Positions 49,179 through 58,201 of a DNA stretch of 64,000 nt are shown piece after piece. Every line of letters starts with the position of its first letter. The stretch's first letter is position 1. The position numbers were made by a program, and so were the translations under genes. A model generated the notes under the pieces. It worked only from the letters and a program-made list of their open reading frames with translations. It was not told where the DNA came from and made no database searches. The stretch is from Candidatus Krumholzibacteriia bacterium (GTDB lineage Bacteria > Krumholzibacteriota > Krumholzibacteriia > LZORAL124-64-63): contig JAZBOO010000280.1 in NCBI GenBank assembly GCA_036351155.1, forward strand, positions 1 to 64,000. Reading direction: 5' to 3'.

Positions 49179-50177
49179 ATGTCAGGAAACGCACGCATCC
49201 TGGTCGCGGATGACGAGCCGCATATCCGTCGCATTCTGCAGTTTCTGCTGGAGAATGAGGGGTTTGAGGTCTATCTGGCCGAAGACGGCAGTCAGGCCTG
49301 GGAAGCGGTGCGTTCATTTCAGCCGGATCTGGTCCTCCTGGATGTGATGATGCCACGGATGGATGGTTTTGCAGTACTGGACGAGATTCGTGCCGGTTAC
49401 GAAACCGCCACCCTGCCGGTGATCATGTTGACGGCCAAGGGCGAATCGGTGGACAAGGTGCGGGGCCTCAAGGGTGGGGCCAACGACTACGTCATCAAGC
49501 CCTTCAATCACGATGAATTGTTGTTGCGGGTGGGAAACCTGCTGGAAGTGACCCGGCGCGAGCGCGAGGCCAATCCCCTGACGGGTCTCCCCGGAAACCG
49601 TTCCATCGAGCGGGAAACCCTGAGGCGCATCAGCTCGAAGGATCCTTTCGGGTTCATGTACATCGATATCGATCGATTCAAGAGTTTCAACGACTACTAT
49701 GGCTATTCCCGGGGCGACCACGCCATCAGCTATCTGGCGGGAGTGCTGGTCAGCTGTTCCCGTCGGTTCGGCACCGGAGACGATTTCGTGGGCCACGTGG
49801 GAGGCGACGACTTCGTCCTGATCACCTCCAGCACCAAGGCGGAGGCGCTGGCGCGCAAGATCATCGAGGAATTCGACGAGGGTATTGCCGGCCTGCACGA
49901 CGTGGAGGACTACCGGCGGGGGTACCTGGAGGTGGAAAGCCGAGCGGGGGAAGTGGAGCAGTTCCCCTTGATCACCCTGACGGTGGCTCTGGTGAACAAT
50001 GCCGAGGGCCGGTTCCGTCATCCCGCCGAGATCAGCGACACCATGGTGGAGCTGAAGAAGTACGGCAAGACCATGGCCAGCAGTGTCCTGGTCAGGGAGC
50101 GCCGGAATCGCCAGGGTGAAGAGGAGTTCGTGGCCACGGGTGTGAAAACGCGTGGAGAGGGACCCGATCATGAATAG
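49179..50177 (+). CDS. Response regulator REC + GGDEF domain (GGDDF variant)
   Basis: ILVADDE, LLDVMMP, LTA, KPF; NPLTGLPGN, DIDRFKSFNDYYG...GD, GHVGGDDF. Confidence 0.92.
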   Translation: MSGNARILVADDEPHIRRILQFLLENEGFEVYLAEDGSQAWEAVRSFQPDLVLLDVMMPRMDGFAVLDEIRAGYETATLPVIMLTAKGESVDKVRGLKGGANDYVIKPFNHDELLLRVGNLLEVTRREREANPLTGLPGNRSIERETLRRISSKDPFGFMYIDIDRFKSFNDYYGYSRGDHAISYLAGVLVSCSRRFGTGDDFVGHVGGDDFVLITSSTKAEALARKIIEEFDEGIAGLHDVEDYRRGYLEVESRAGEVEQFPLITLTVALVNNAEGRFRHPAEISDTMVELKKYGKTMASSVLVRERRNRQGEEEFVATGVKTRGEGPDHE

Positions 50178-52431
50178 AACCGACCCGCGCCAGATCGGCA
50201 GTCAGGGACTGGAGCAGACGGGCTGGAGTGAGCTGGCCTGGCAGGATCACTTGCCGGACCTGGAAGAATTTTTGCGCCTGGTGGCCGTGCGGAGTTTGGC
50301 TCTGGCGCCCGGAGGAGTGACAGCCATCGGGGTGCCCCCCGTGGGGATCTCCTATCTGGCCCCTCTGCACCATCAGCTGACGGGACTGGCCTGTCGTCTT
50401 GCCCGCAAGAGTGGTCAGCCGGGCTGGGATGCCTGGCCCGCCGCCTGGACCAAGGGAACCTTCGGTGCCCACGGTGAACAGGGTGCGGGCACGGGACCCT
50501 GGCCTGATTACTGGGCCTTGCCGGTGACTCCCGTCGAAGGGTGGGCCTGGCGAGAAGAGCGACTGCAGGTTGATGGCGCGACCCTGATGACCATCCTGGT
50601 CCTGTTCCCCGAGGATGAAGGGATGCAGGATGAGGTGAAAAGCGGTCTGGCCAGCCTCGGGTCCGAACTGGTGGTTCTGCTGCGCATGTGGGTGGCGGCG
50701 CGACGGGCTCAGGCCCAGCTGTCCCGCCTGAGCACCGAGAACCAGGCCCTGACCCGGCTCAATGTTCTGCAGGAAAAAGCGGTGGCCCGGGCCAGCCATG
50801 AATTCAAGACCCCGTTGACTTCGATCACCGCCTACACCGATGCCCTGCGGGAACAGATCACCGATGACGATTTCCCTCATGCCACGGAATTTCTGGACGT
50901 GATCCGGTCCGAGGCCGGACGGTTGCTGAGACTGGTCAACCGGATCAGCGATCAATCCCGCCTGAACGCCGGTCTGGAACTGCTGGAAGCGGTGCCCACG
51001 GAACTTCCGGACCTGATCGAGGGGGCGGCCTCTGCCCTGGGTCCCAGCCTGGCGGAAAAGAACCTCCACCTGACCACCGACTTTGCCCCCCACCTGCCCC
51101 CGGTGATGGCGGACGCCGATCTGGTGCGGCAGGTTCTGGTCAACCTGATGGGCAATGCGGTCAAGTACACGCCGAAGGGCGGCAACATCGAAGTGGTGGT
51201 GAGCGAACGCGAGGCCACCGTCAGGATCAGCATCAACGACACCGGCGTGGGGATTGCCGAAGAGGAACTCCAGCGTATCTTCCGTGAATTCTACCGCACG
51301 CGCGAACAGGCCGCCCTGCACGAGGGAACCGGGCTGGGACTGGCCATTGTCCGCAGCATCGTGAATCTGCACGGTGGCTTCGTGACCGCCCGCCGTCGCC
51401 AGCCGGCCGGCACCAGCTTTGCCGTGCACTTGCCCAAGGAAATCCACGCGCCGCATCCCTTGCCTCTGGCCTATACCTCGCGTGTGGACCGGGACCAGGC
51501 CTGGCGTCTGGTGAGCACGGTGTGCCGCCTGGCCGCCGAGTTGACCGGAAGCATGTCCGTGGAAATCCAGTTGCCCGACGCGGAAGGCCGGCCGGTGACG
51601 GTGGCCTCCATGGGGCATGGTCATTCTGGCGGAGAGAGCCCCTGGCTGACCCAGGATCTGGGCCAGGGCGGGGGGGCCTGCGGTCGGCTGCGGGTGGGAT
51701 CGCCGCGAGAAGGTCAAGGCTACGATCAGGCCCGGGAGAAACAGCTGGCGGTGATTGCCGAAACCGCCGCCCTGGCCTTGCGCAGTCTGCTGCCGGAAGG
51801 TGCCGAGGGATCGGACACTTCCTCCAGCACTCTGGTGGCCAAGGTGGCCGAGGCGGTCCAGGCCATCCTGCAGATCCGGCGGTCCGGGGTCCCCACCTCG
51901 ACGGCCGAGGCTCTGGATCTGATGGAGAAGCTGGGCCAGGCCATGAAGCTCTCCCCCGAGGTCATCCGCCGCCTCTGTTACGCCGCTCTGGTCCATGATG
52001 CGGGCATGGCCCGGGTCGAGGTGGAAATCGTGATGGGCACCTCGGCCCTGTCCTGGGATCAACGCGACGAGGTGGAACGCCACGTGGAGCAGGGCCTGGA
52101 ATTGATGGCTCCGTTGCTGCCGGATCCGGAAACCCGTTCCTGCATTGCGCATCATCATGAACGATTTGACGGCCAGGGTTACCCCGCGGGCCTCAAGGGT
52201 GAAGATATTCCTCTGGGAGCACGCCTTCTGGCGGTCATCGACACCTGGTTTGCTCTGACGCGTGAGCGTCCCTATCGCCCCTGCCTGTCTCCGGAAGAGG
52301 CCTGGCAGGAAATGGAAAAACATAGCGGAAGCCAGTTCGACGCCGCCGTCGTCCGCGCTTTCGGAGACGTGCTGGCGAGCGAGGGAATCATCCCCGGATT
52401 TCCCGCTCCAACCCACCAAGACCGGGGCTGA
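50170..52431 (+). CDS. Histidine kinase - degenerate GAF - HD-GYP hybrid
   Basis: SHEFKTPLTSI, NLMGNAVKYT, DTGVGI, GTGLGL; then HDAG, HHHERFDGQGYP.GL.GE.IPLGAR, RPYR. Confidence 0.88.
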   Translation: MNRTDPRQIGSQGLEQTGWSELAWQDHLPDLEEFLRLVAVRSLALAPGGVTAIGVPPVGISYLAPLHHQLTGLACRLARKSGQPGWDAWPAAWTKGTFGAHGEQGAGTGPWPDYWALPVTPVEGWAWREERLQVDGATLMTILVLFPEDEGMQDEVKSGLASLGSELVVLLRMWVAARRAQAQLSRLSTENQALTRLNVLQEKAVARASHEFKTPLTSITAYTDALREQITDDDFPHATEFLDVIRSEAGRLLRLVNRISDQSRLNAGLELLEAVPTELPDLIEGAASALGPSLAEKNLHLTTDFAPHLPPVMADADLVRQVLVNLMGNAVKYTPKGGNIEVVVSEREATVRISINDTGVGIAEEELQRIFREFYRTREQAALHEGTGLGLAIVRSIVNLHGGFVTARRRQPAGTSFAVHLPKEIHAPHPLPLAYTSRVDRDQAWRLVSTVCRLAAELTGSMSVEIQLPDAEGRPVTVASMGHGHSGGESPWLTQDLGQGGGACGRLRVGSPREGQGYDQAREKQLAVIAETAALALRSLLPEGAEGSDTSSSTLVAKVAEAVQAILQIRRSGVPTSTAEALDLMEKLGQAMKLSPEVIRRLCYAALVHDAGMARVEVEIVMGTSALSWDQRDEVERHVEQGLELMAPLLPDPETRSCIAHHHERFDGQGYPAGLKGEDIPLGARLLAVIDTWFALTRERPYRPCLSPEEAWQEMEKHSGSQFDAAVVRAFGDVLASEGIIPGFPAPTHQDRG

Positions 52432-52442
52432 AAGAGGTTGTC

Positions 52443-52832
52443 ATGATCGACTCGGCCAGGATTCTCATCGTGGATGACGAGAAGCCCATCGCCACGTTGC
52501 TGGCACAGACCTTCGAGCAGGAAGGGCATCAGGTGGCGAGCGCCCACGACGGGATCGACTGCATGAACAAGATGGCCAGCTTCCGGCCCGACGTGGTGAT
52601 CATGGACATCATGATGCCCAAGCTGGACGGCATCGACACCACCAAGCTGATCCGACGCAATCAGAGCTACGCGGGGACCATCATCGTGGCGCTGTCGGCC
52701 AAGGCCGATGAAGACACCCGCCACAAGATGAAGGACGTGGGAGCCAACCTGTTCATGCGCAAGCCGTTTTCCATCGCCAAGCTGGTTGCCCGCGTGTCTC
52801 ACATGCTGGAAACCCGATCGCAATCGAGGTAG
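52443..52832 (+). CDS. Single-domain response regulator
   Basis: ILIVDDE, IMDIMMPKLDG, LSA, KPF. Confidence 0.92.
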   Translation: MIDSARILIVDDEKPIATLLAQTFEQEGHQVASAHDGIDCMNKMASFRPDVVIMDIMMPKLDGIDTTKLIRRNQSYAGTIIVALSAKADEDTRHKMKDVGANLFMRKPFSIAKLVARVSHMLETRSQSR

Positions 52833-52838
52833 CCAGGG

Positions 52839-55493
52839 GTGACACACGTCCTGACCATTCTGCTGACCGCTGGGCCAACCCTGACCGGGTTCTGGGCCGT
52901 GATGTCGGTATCGTGGTGGACGACACTGATTCTCATGGCCGCCAGCGGGGTGGGGGTCTGGGTGGGGCAGATGGGGCGCCGGCAATATCTGCGCCGCCGT
53001 CTCAGTGCCCAGGCGGAGCGCCAGGCGCGGCAAGAAAAAACCGCGCAGCTGAACCGCCGATGCCGGGTTCTGGAAAAAATTCTGGCGGTGTCCACGCGCC
53101 TCAGCCGGATTCGCAATCCCCAGGAATTGCAAACCCGGATTGTGGAAGCCGTGGCGGAGATCGGGGGATTCAACCGGGTGGTCCTGTACCTGTGGTCCGA
53201 CAGCACGGGAGCCTTCGAAGCCCGCAGTTTTGCGGGAATGGACGCCGAACAGCAGAAGCAGGTGGGCGGGCACCAGGTGTCCCGGGTCGAGTATGCCGCG
53301 CGGTGCAACGTGCGCTTCCGTTTTTCGAACAGCTTCCTGGTCCACGATGGTCCCGTTCAAGAAGGACCGGCGCGAGAACGCACCCCCGGTGACCCGGTGA
53401 CCGGAGGCGGATCAGGCAAGGTCTGGCGCGCCGGACAAGTTCTGGTGGCCCCGTTGCTGAGTTCCGATGGTGAGGAGATCGGGTACCTGGATCTGGACGA
53501 ACCCGTCCACGGTGAGGTGCCGGATGTGGTGGACCTGCGACAGCTGGAGTTCCTGTTCCAGCATGCGGCGGCCAGCCTGGAGTCGGCCGGCATTCATCAC
53601 ACCTTGGCCCGCAGCAACGCCGAGCTGCAGGTGGCCTCCGAGAAGCTGAACAGCCTGAACGACATGAAGAATAACTTCGTGGCGAATGTCAGTCACGAGT
53701 TGCGCACGCCGCTGACCTCGATCTCGGCCTACGCCGAGATGTTGCAGCAGAACATGGGCACCATGAGCGAAGAGGTGCGGAGCGAGTTCCTGAGGGTGAT
53801 CCACAACGAGAGCCTGAAGCTGACCGACGTGATCAACGACCTGCTGGAACTGGGCAACATGGAAAACGGGCGGGTCCAGTCGCCGTCCATGACGGTGGAC
53901 CTGACGGCCATGGTGACGCGTCTGGTGGATTCCTGGCGATCGCGCGCCCAGGAAAAGGGAATTGCCCTGAAACTGGAGTGTGATATTCCCGCGCTATCCA
54001 TGCCTGCCGACGGATTGCTGATGCAGCAGATGCTGACCCACCTGCTGAGCAACGCCTTCAAGTTTTCCGCGAAGGGCGGACTGGTGCGGGTGACTCTGGC
54101 GGAAACGGGGACGGCGGTGCGATTGTCGGTCGAGGACCGCGGCATCGGCATTCCCGAGGAGAAGCTGGGACGTATTTTCGACCCGTTCTACCAGGTGGAC
54201 GGCTCGGCCACGCGACAGCACAACGGACAAGGCGTGGGGCTGGCCATCTGTCGGGATATCGTCAATCACCACGACGGGCGCATCTGGGCGGAAAATCTCC
54301 AGCCCAGGGGGGCCCGGTTCACGGTGCTGCTCCCGCGGCGTTCTCCGGTCTTGCAGCCCGTGGCCACCGATCCCATCAGCGGATCTCCTTTCCAGCCGGG
54401 CGAGTTCATGCAGCGGGTCATGCACTGGGTCGGGGAAAGCCTGGGGGTCCAGACGGCCACCCTGATGATGCCCGACTCGGACCATGAGTACCTGGCCATC
54501 CGGGCGGCGGTGGGCTTGCCGGAGTCGGTGGTCCAGAGTGCCCGGGTGCGACGGGGATCCGGGTTTGCCGGCCGGGTCTGGGAAAGCGGACAAACCCTCC
54601 TGGTGGATGACGTGGCTGCCGAGGGCCTGCCTGGGCGCGACCAGAGTGAACCCCGCTATTCCACGTCGAGCCTTCTGTGTGTCCCCTTGAAGAACAAGGA
54701 CGAGTGCCTGGGGGTGGTGGCGGTCAACAACCGCTTCGACGGCAAGCCGCTGGACGCCGATGATCGCCTCCTGCTGGAAAGCCTGGCTCCCAGACTGGCC
54801 GAACTTTTACGGCGTCATGCCCACTGGCAGGCCGATTCTCATCATTTCGCCCAGATCCGGGATACCCTGCGGACCATCACGGGCATTGGCCACCTGCGCC
54901 AGGAAAGCCTCCTGGAAACCTGCCAGGAGATCTGCCTGGCCAGCGCGCGGGCGATCAACATGCCGGATGAAGATCTGCGGCACCTGGCCTTTGCCCTGCA
55001 GTTCTATGATGTGGGGCTGGGCTATGTCCCGCGGGAGCTGCTGAACAAGCCCGGCCCCCTGGACGATGACGAGCAGCGCACGGTACGCCAGCACGTCAAG
55101 ACGGGTCTGGTGGTCCTGGAGCCTCTGGCCGCGCCGTCCAAGATTCGCCAGTTGATCCTGCACCACCACGAGAACGTGGATGGGTCGGGTTATCCCGAAG
55201 GTCTGGCCGGGGAGTCCATTCCTCTGGGTTCTCGACTGTTGCGGCTGACCGACACCCTGGCGGCCCTGCTCAGCACCCGACCCTGGCGGCCGGCGCGCAG
55301 TCTGGATGAGGCTCTGGAGGAGATCCGCTGGGGCATCGGGACTCATTATTGTCCGCGAATGGCCGAGATCTTCTTGCGGGAAGCTGAATTGCGCCGACCG
55401 CGGATAGTGGAGCAACAGGAACGCGGCATGGACCACGCCGTTTTCAAGCGGCCCGTTCTGGATCCCGCGCAGATGGCTCCCCTCAACAGTTGA
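52839..55493 (+). CDS. TM-GAF-histidine kinase-GAF-HD-GYP(degenerate) hybrid
   Basis: N-terminal TM, GAF, VSHELRTPLTSI, LLSNAFKFS, DRGIGI, GVGLAI, GAF (SLLCVPL...GVV.VNNR), YDVG in place of HDIG, HHHENVDGSGYP. Confidence 0.88.
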   Translation: MTHVLTILLTAGPTLTGFWAVMSVSWWTTLILMAASGVGVWVGQMGRRQYLRRRLSAQAERQARQEKTAQLNRRCRVLEKILAVSTRLSRIRNPQELQTRIVEAVAEIGGFNRVVLYLWSDSTGAFEARSFAGMDAEQQKQVGGHQVSRVEYAARCNVRFRFSNSFLVHDGPVQEGPARERTPGDPVTGGGSGKVWRAGQVLVAPLLSSDGEEIGYLDLDEPVHGEVPDVVDLRQLEFLFQHAAASLESAGIHHTLARSNAELQVASEKLNSLNDMKNNFVANVSHELRTPLTSISAYAEMLQQNMGTMSEEVRSEFLRVIHNESLKLTDVINDLLELGNMENGRVQSPSMTVDLTAMVTRLVDSWRSRAQEKGIALKLECDIPALSMPADGLLMQQMLTHLLSNAFKFSAKGGLVRVTLAETGTAVRLSVEDRGIGIPEEKLGRIFDPFYQVDGSATRQHNGQGVGLAICRDIVNHHDGRIWAENLQPRGARFTVLLPRRSPVLQPVATDPISGSPFQPGEFMQRVMHWVGESLGVQTATLMMPDSDHEYLAIRAAVGLPESVVQSARVRRGSGFAGRVWESGQTLLVDDVAAEGLPGRDQSEPRYSTSSLLCVPLKNKDECLGVVAVNNRFDGKPLDADDRLLLESLAPRLAELLRRHAHWQADSHHFAQIRDTLRTITGIGHLRQESLLETCQEICLASARAINMPDEDLRHLAFALQFYDVGLGYVPRELLNKPGPLDDDEQRTVRQHVKTGLVVLEPLAAPSKIRQLILHHHENVDGSGYPEGLAGESIPLGSRLLRLTDTLAALLSTRPWRPARSLDEALEEIRWGIGTHYCPRMAEIFLREAELRRPRIVEQQERGMDHAVFKRPVLDPAQMAPLNS

Positions 55494-55578
55494 CCAGTTG
55501 AGACTCAACCTGGTGCCGGAGATGCCGATCACCGGGGACAGGAAACGCCCCATTCGCCCATAGACCGGAGGAACGGCC

Positions 55579-55950
55579 TTGTTCAAAGTCCTGATCGCCG
55601 ATGACGAGCACAACATTCGCAACATCCTGGATTTCAGCCTGCATGCCGAAGGTTTCGATGTCATCGCCGTGCACAGCGGGGAGGAGGCCTTCGCGCGGGC
55701 GGTGGAAGAGATCCCGAGCCTGATCATTCTGGACGTCATGATGCCCGGCCAGGGGGGCATGGAAACCTGCAAGCAATTGAAGCAGGACCAGCGGACCGCC
55801 GGCATTCCCGTGATTCTCCTGACGGCGCGCAGCAGCAAGCAGGATCGTGAGGAAGGGATGGCCTGTGGCGCCGATCAGTACATCACCAAGCCCTTCAGCC
55901 CTCAGAAAGTGATCGGGGCGGTCCAGGAACTTCTGGGTGCCATGTCCTGA
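55579..55950 (+). CDS. Single-domain response regulator
   Basis: TTG start after GGAGGA; VLIADDE, ILDVMMP, LTA, TKPFSP. Confidence 0.92.
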   Translation: MFKVLIADDEHNIRNILDFSLHAEGFDVIAVHSGEEAFARAVEEIPSLIILDVMMPGQGGMETCKQLKQDQRTAGIPVILLTARSSKQDREEGMACGADQYITKPFSPQKVIGAVQELLGAMS

Positions 55951-55964
55951 CCGGATTTTTCTCG

Positions 55965-55995
55965 GCCCCTGCCAGCTGGCGGGGGCTTTTTTTTT
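55965..55995 (+). terminator. Rho-independent terminator ending the signalling operon
   Basis: GCCCCTGCC-AGCT-GGCGGGGGC followed by T9. Confidence 0.85.
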
Positions 55996-56062
55996 GGTGG
56001 TTGGACTGCGGCCAGCCGGCAGGGTAATTTGGGGGCACCCCAACCAAGGCGGAGCCGACCCC

Positions 56063-58069
56063 GTGGACTTTCTGGTCAACATCATCTTGCCCGTTCCCCT
56101 CTTGCAGGACTTTTCCTACCGTTGTGTTGTGGACGAGGAAGCGCAAGAGACGGCCCCGGAAGCCGGCGATCTGGTGGCGGTTCCCTTCGGCCGCCGCAAG
56201 AAGGTCATCGGCCTGGTGGTGGCGGTGAAACCGCTGGCCGCCGAGGTGACCAAGGTGGACGGTTTCACCCTGAAAAACGTGGCCCATCGCTATGGACCGG
56301 AATATCGGATCACCGGAGAGCGCCGCCGCCTTCTGGACTGGATGGCGGCCTACTATGCCTTGCCCGCCGGAGAGGTGGTGCCCCTGTTCCATCCTCCTGG
56401 TCCCGGGACCCGATCCAGAGGCAAGGCCGCCACCGAGGAGTTCCCCACCGGCGATAACCAGAAGATCGTGCTGACCCCCGCCCAGAACCGTGCTGTGGCC
56501 ATGGCCGCCGAGCACCTTGAGGCCGATCGCTTCGGAGTGATGTTGCTGCATGGCGTGACGGGCAGCGGCAAGACCGAGGTCTACCTGACGGTCATCGAAC
56601 AGGCCCTGGCCGCGGGGAAAGGGGCCATTTTTCTGCTCCCGGAAATTGCCCTGACGCCCCAGATGCTGGCCCGGGTCACCGCGCGCTTCGGCAGTCGAGT
56701 GGCCGCCCTTCATTCCGGTCTGGCCGCCGGCCAGAGGTGCCAGGTGCACGAGAAGGCCGCGCGGGGGGAAATCGAGGTGGTGGTGGGTCCGCGATCTGCC
56801 CTGTTTGCGCCGGTGCAGAACCTGGGTGTGATCGTGGTGGACGAGGAACACGAGGGGTCCTACAAGCAGGATGAAAAACCGCGCTACCACGCCCGTCACG
56901 CCGCGCTGGTGCGGGGCCGGGAAAACGGGGCGGTGGTCATTCTGGGCTCGGCCACACCCGATCTCGAAAGCATGGACAATGCTCGCCGCGGGCGCTATCA
57001 GCTGCTGGAGCTGCCCGACCGCATGGGCGGACACCTCCCTGTGGTGGAGCTGGTGGACATGCGGGGACCGCAGGCCATGGCAGGATTCTCTCCCCACCTG
57101 GTGGAGGCCATCGGTGAAACTCTGGATCAGAAGCGTCAGGTCATCCTGTACTACAACCGTCGGGGCTTTGCGCGCGTGATGCAATGCCGGGACTGCGGCG
57201 AGGTGGTCATGTGCCCCAACTGCGATATCGGGCTCACCTATCACCTGCGTCCCCGCCGCCTGCTGTGTCACTACTGCGACCACACGCGCGAGGTATGCGA
57301 CACCTGTCCCGCCTGTGGATCCGAGAACTTCCTGCCCCAGGGGGGCGGCACCGAGAAGGTGGAGCTCAATCTGGAAGCCCATTTTCCGGAGGCGCGGCTG
57401 CTTCGGCTGGACCGCGACACGACCTCCCGCCGCGGCAGCCATCACCGCATCCTGGCCAGCTTTGCCCGCCGGGAAGCCGATATCCTGGTGGGCACCCAGA
57501 TGGTGGCCAAGGGGCACCACTTCCCCGGGGTGGGTCTGGTGGGGGTGCTGGCGGCTGATGATGGTCTGGGCCTGCCCGATTTCCGCGCCGCCGAACGCAC
57601 CTTCCAGCTGTTGACCCAGGTGGCCGGCCGCAGCGGGCGCACCGAGAAGGGCCGGGTGGTGTTTCAGACCTATCGCCCGGACGATCCGGTGATTTCGGCG
57701 GCCAGCTGCCACGACTATCATCAGTTCGAGGAGCAGGAGCTGCCCCAGCGGCAGGCCCTGGGCTATCCTCCCGGCCGGCGCCTGGTGCGGGTGGCCGTCA
57801 GCGGTCGCCTGTTGAAGCGCGCCGAGGAAGTGTCCGGCCAGCTGGGCGACGTCTTGCGTACCAACCTGGCCGGGCCCGAGATCACCGTCCTGGGCCCCGC
57901 CCCGGCCGTCTTTCCCCGCCTTCATGATCGCTACCGATTTCAGATCCTGATCAAGGGCACTCTGGGCCTGGAGGCCAAGGCCTGGCTGGCTCAAACCCTC
58001 GAGGCCTTGCGGCAGCAGTTCCGGGACATCGATGTGTTCCACGACGTCGATCCCACGTCGGTTTTTTAG
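56063..58069 (+). CDS. priA: Primosomal protein N' (replication restart helicase)
   Basis: HGVTGSGKTEVY, PEIALTPQ, DEEHE.SYKQ, four CxxC pairs, GTQMVAKG, QVAGRSGR; GTG start at 56063. Confidence 0.95.
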   Translation: MDFLVNIILPVPLLQDFSYRCVVDEEAQETAPEAGDLVAVPFGRRKKVIGLVVAVKPLAAEVTKVDGFTLKNVAHRYGPEYRITGERRRLLDWMAAYYALPAGEVVPLFHPPGPGTRSRGKAATEEFPTGDNQKIVLTPAQNRAVAMAAEHLEADRFGVMLLHGVTGSGKTEVYLTVIEQALAAGKGAIFLLPEIALTPQMLARVTARFGSRVAALHSGLAAGQRCQVHEKAARGEIEVVVGPRSALFAPVQNLGVIVVDEEHEGSYKQDEKPRYHARHAALVRGRENGAVVILGSATPDLESMDNARRGRYQLLELPDRMGGHLPVVELVDMRGPQAMAGFSPHLVEAIGETLDQKRQVILYYNRRGFARVMQCRDCGEVVMCPNCDIGLTYHLRPRRLLCHYCDHTREVCDTCPACGSENFLPQGGGTEKVELNLEAHFPEARLLRLDRDTTSRRGSHHRILASFARREADILVGTQMVAKGHHFPGVGLVGVLAADDGLGLPDFRAAERTFQLLTQVAGRSGRTEKGRVVFQTYRPDDPVISAASCHDYHQFEEQELPQRQALGYPPGRRLVRVAVSGRLLKRAEEVSGQLGDVLRTNLAGPEITVLGPAPAVFPRLHDRYRFQILIKGTLGLEAKAWLAQTLEALRQQFRDIDVFHDVDPTSVF

Positions 58070-58109
58070 GCTCTGTTCAACGTTCAAAAACTATCACAAA
58101 ACTGAACAA

Positions 58110-58138
58110 TTGTGCCAGCCGGAGCCCTTTGGTATACT
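58110..58138 (+). promoter_or_regulatory. Putative sigma70 promoter
   Basis: TTGTGC-N17-TATACT with TG extension, upstream of the peptidase gene. Confidence 0.5.
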
Positions 58139-58201
58139 TTATTCATCAATACCCCCGAATACGAAATCATCGGGATTAATGCACTGTCTGAAAGGTTTGC
58201 C

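Noticed and set aside
49179..50177. Hypr-type cGAMP synthase
   Set aside because: The specificity position is Asp (GYSRGD), not Ser
55510..55527. GG-N10-GC upstream of the last REC gene
   Set aside because: Lacks the conserved GGCA and TTGC context; likely chance in GC-rich DNA
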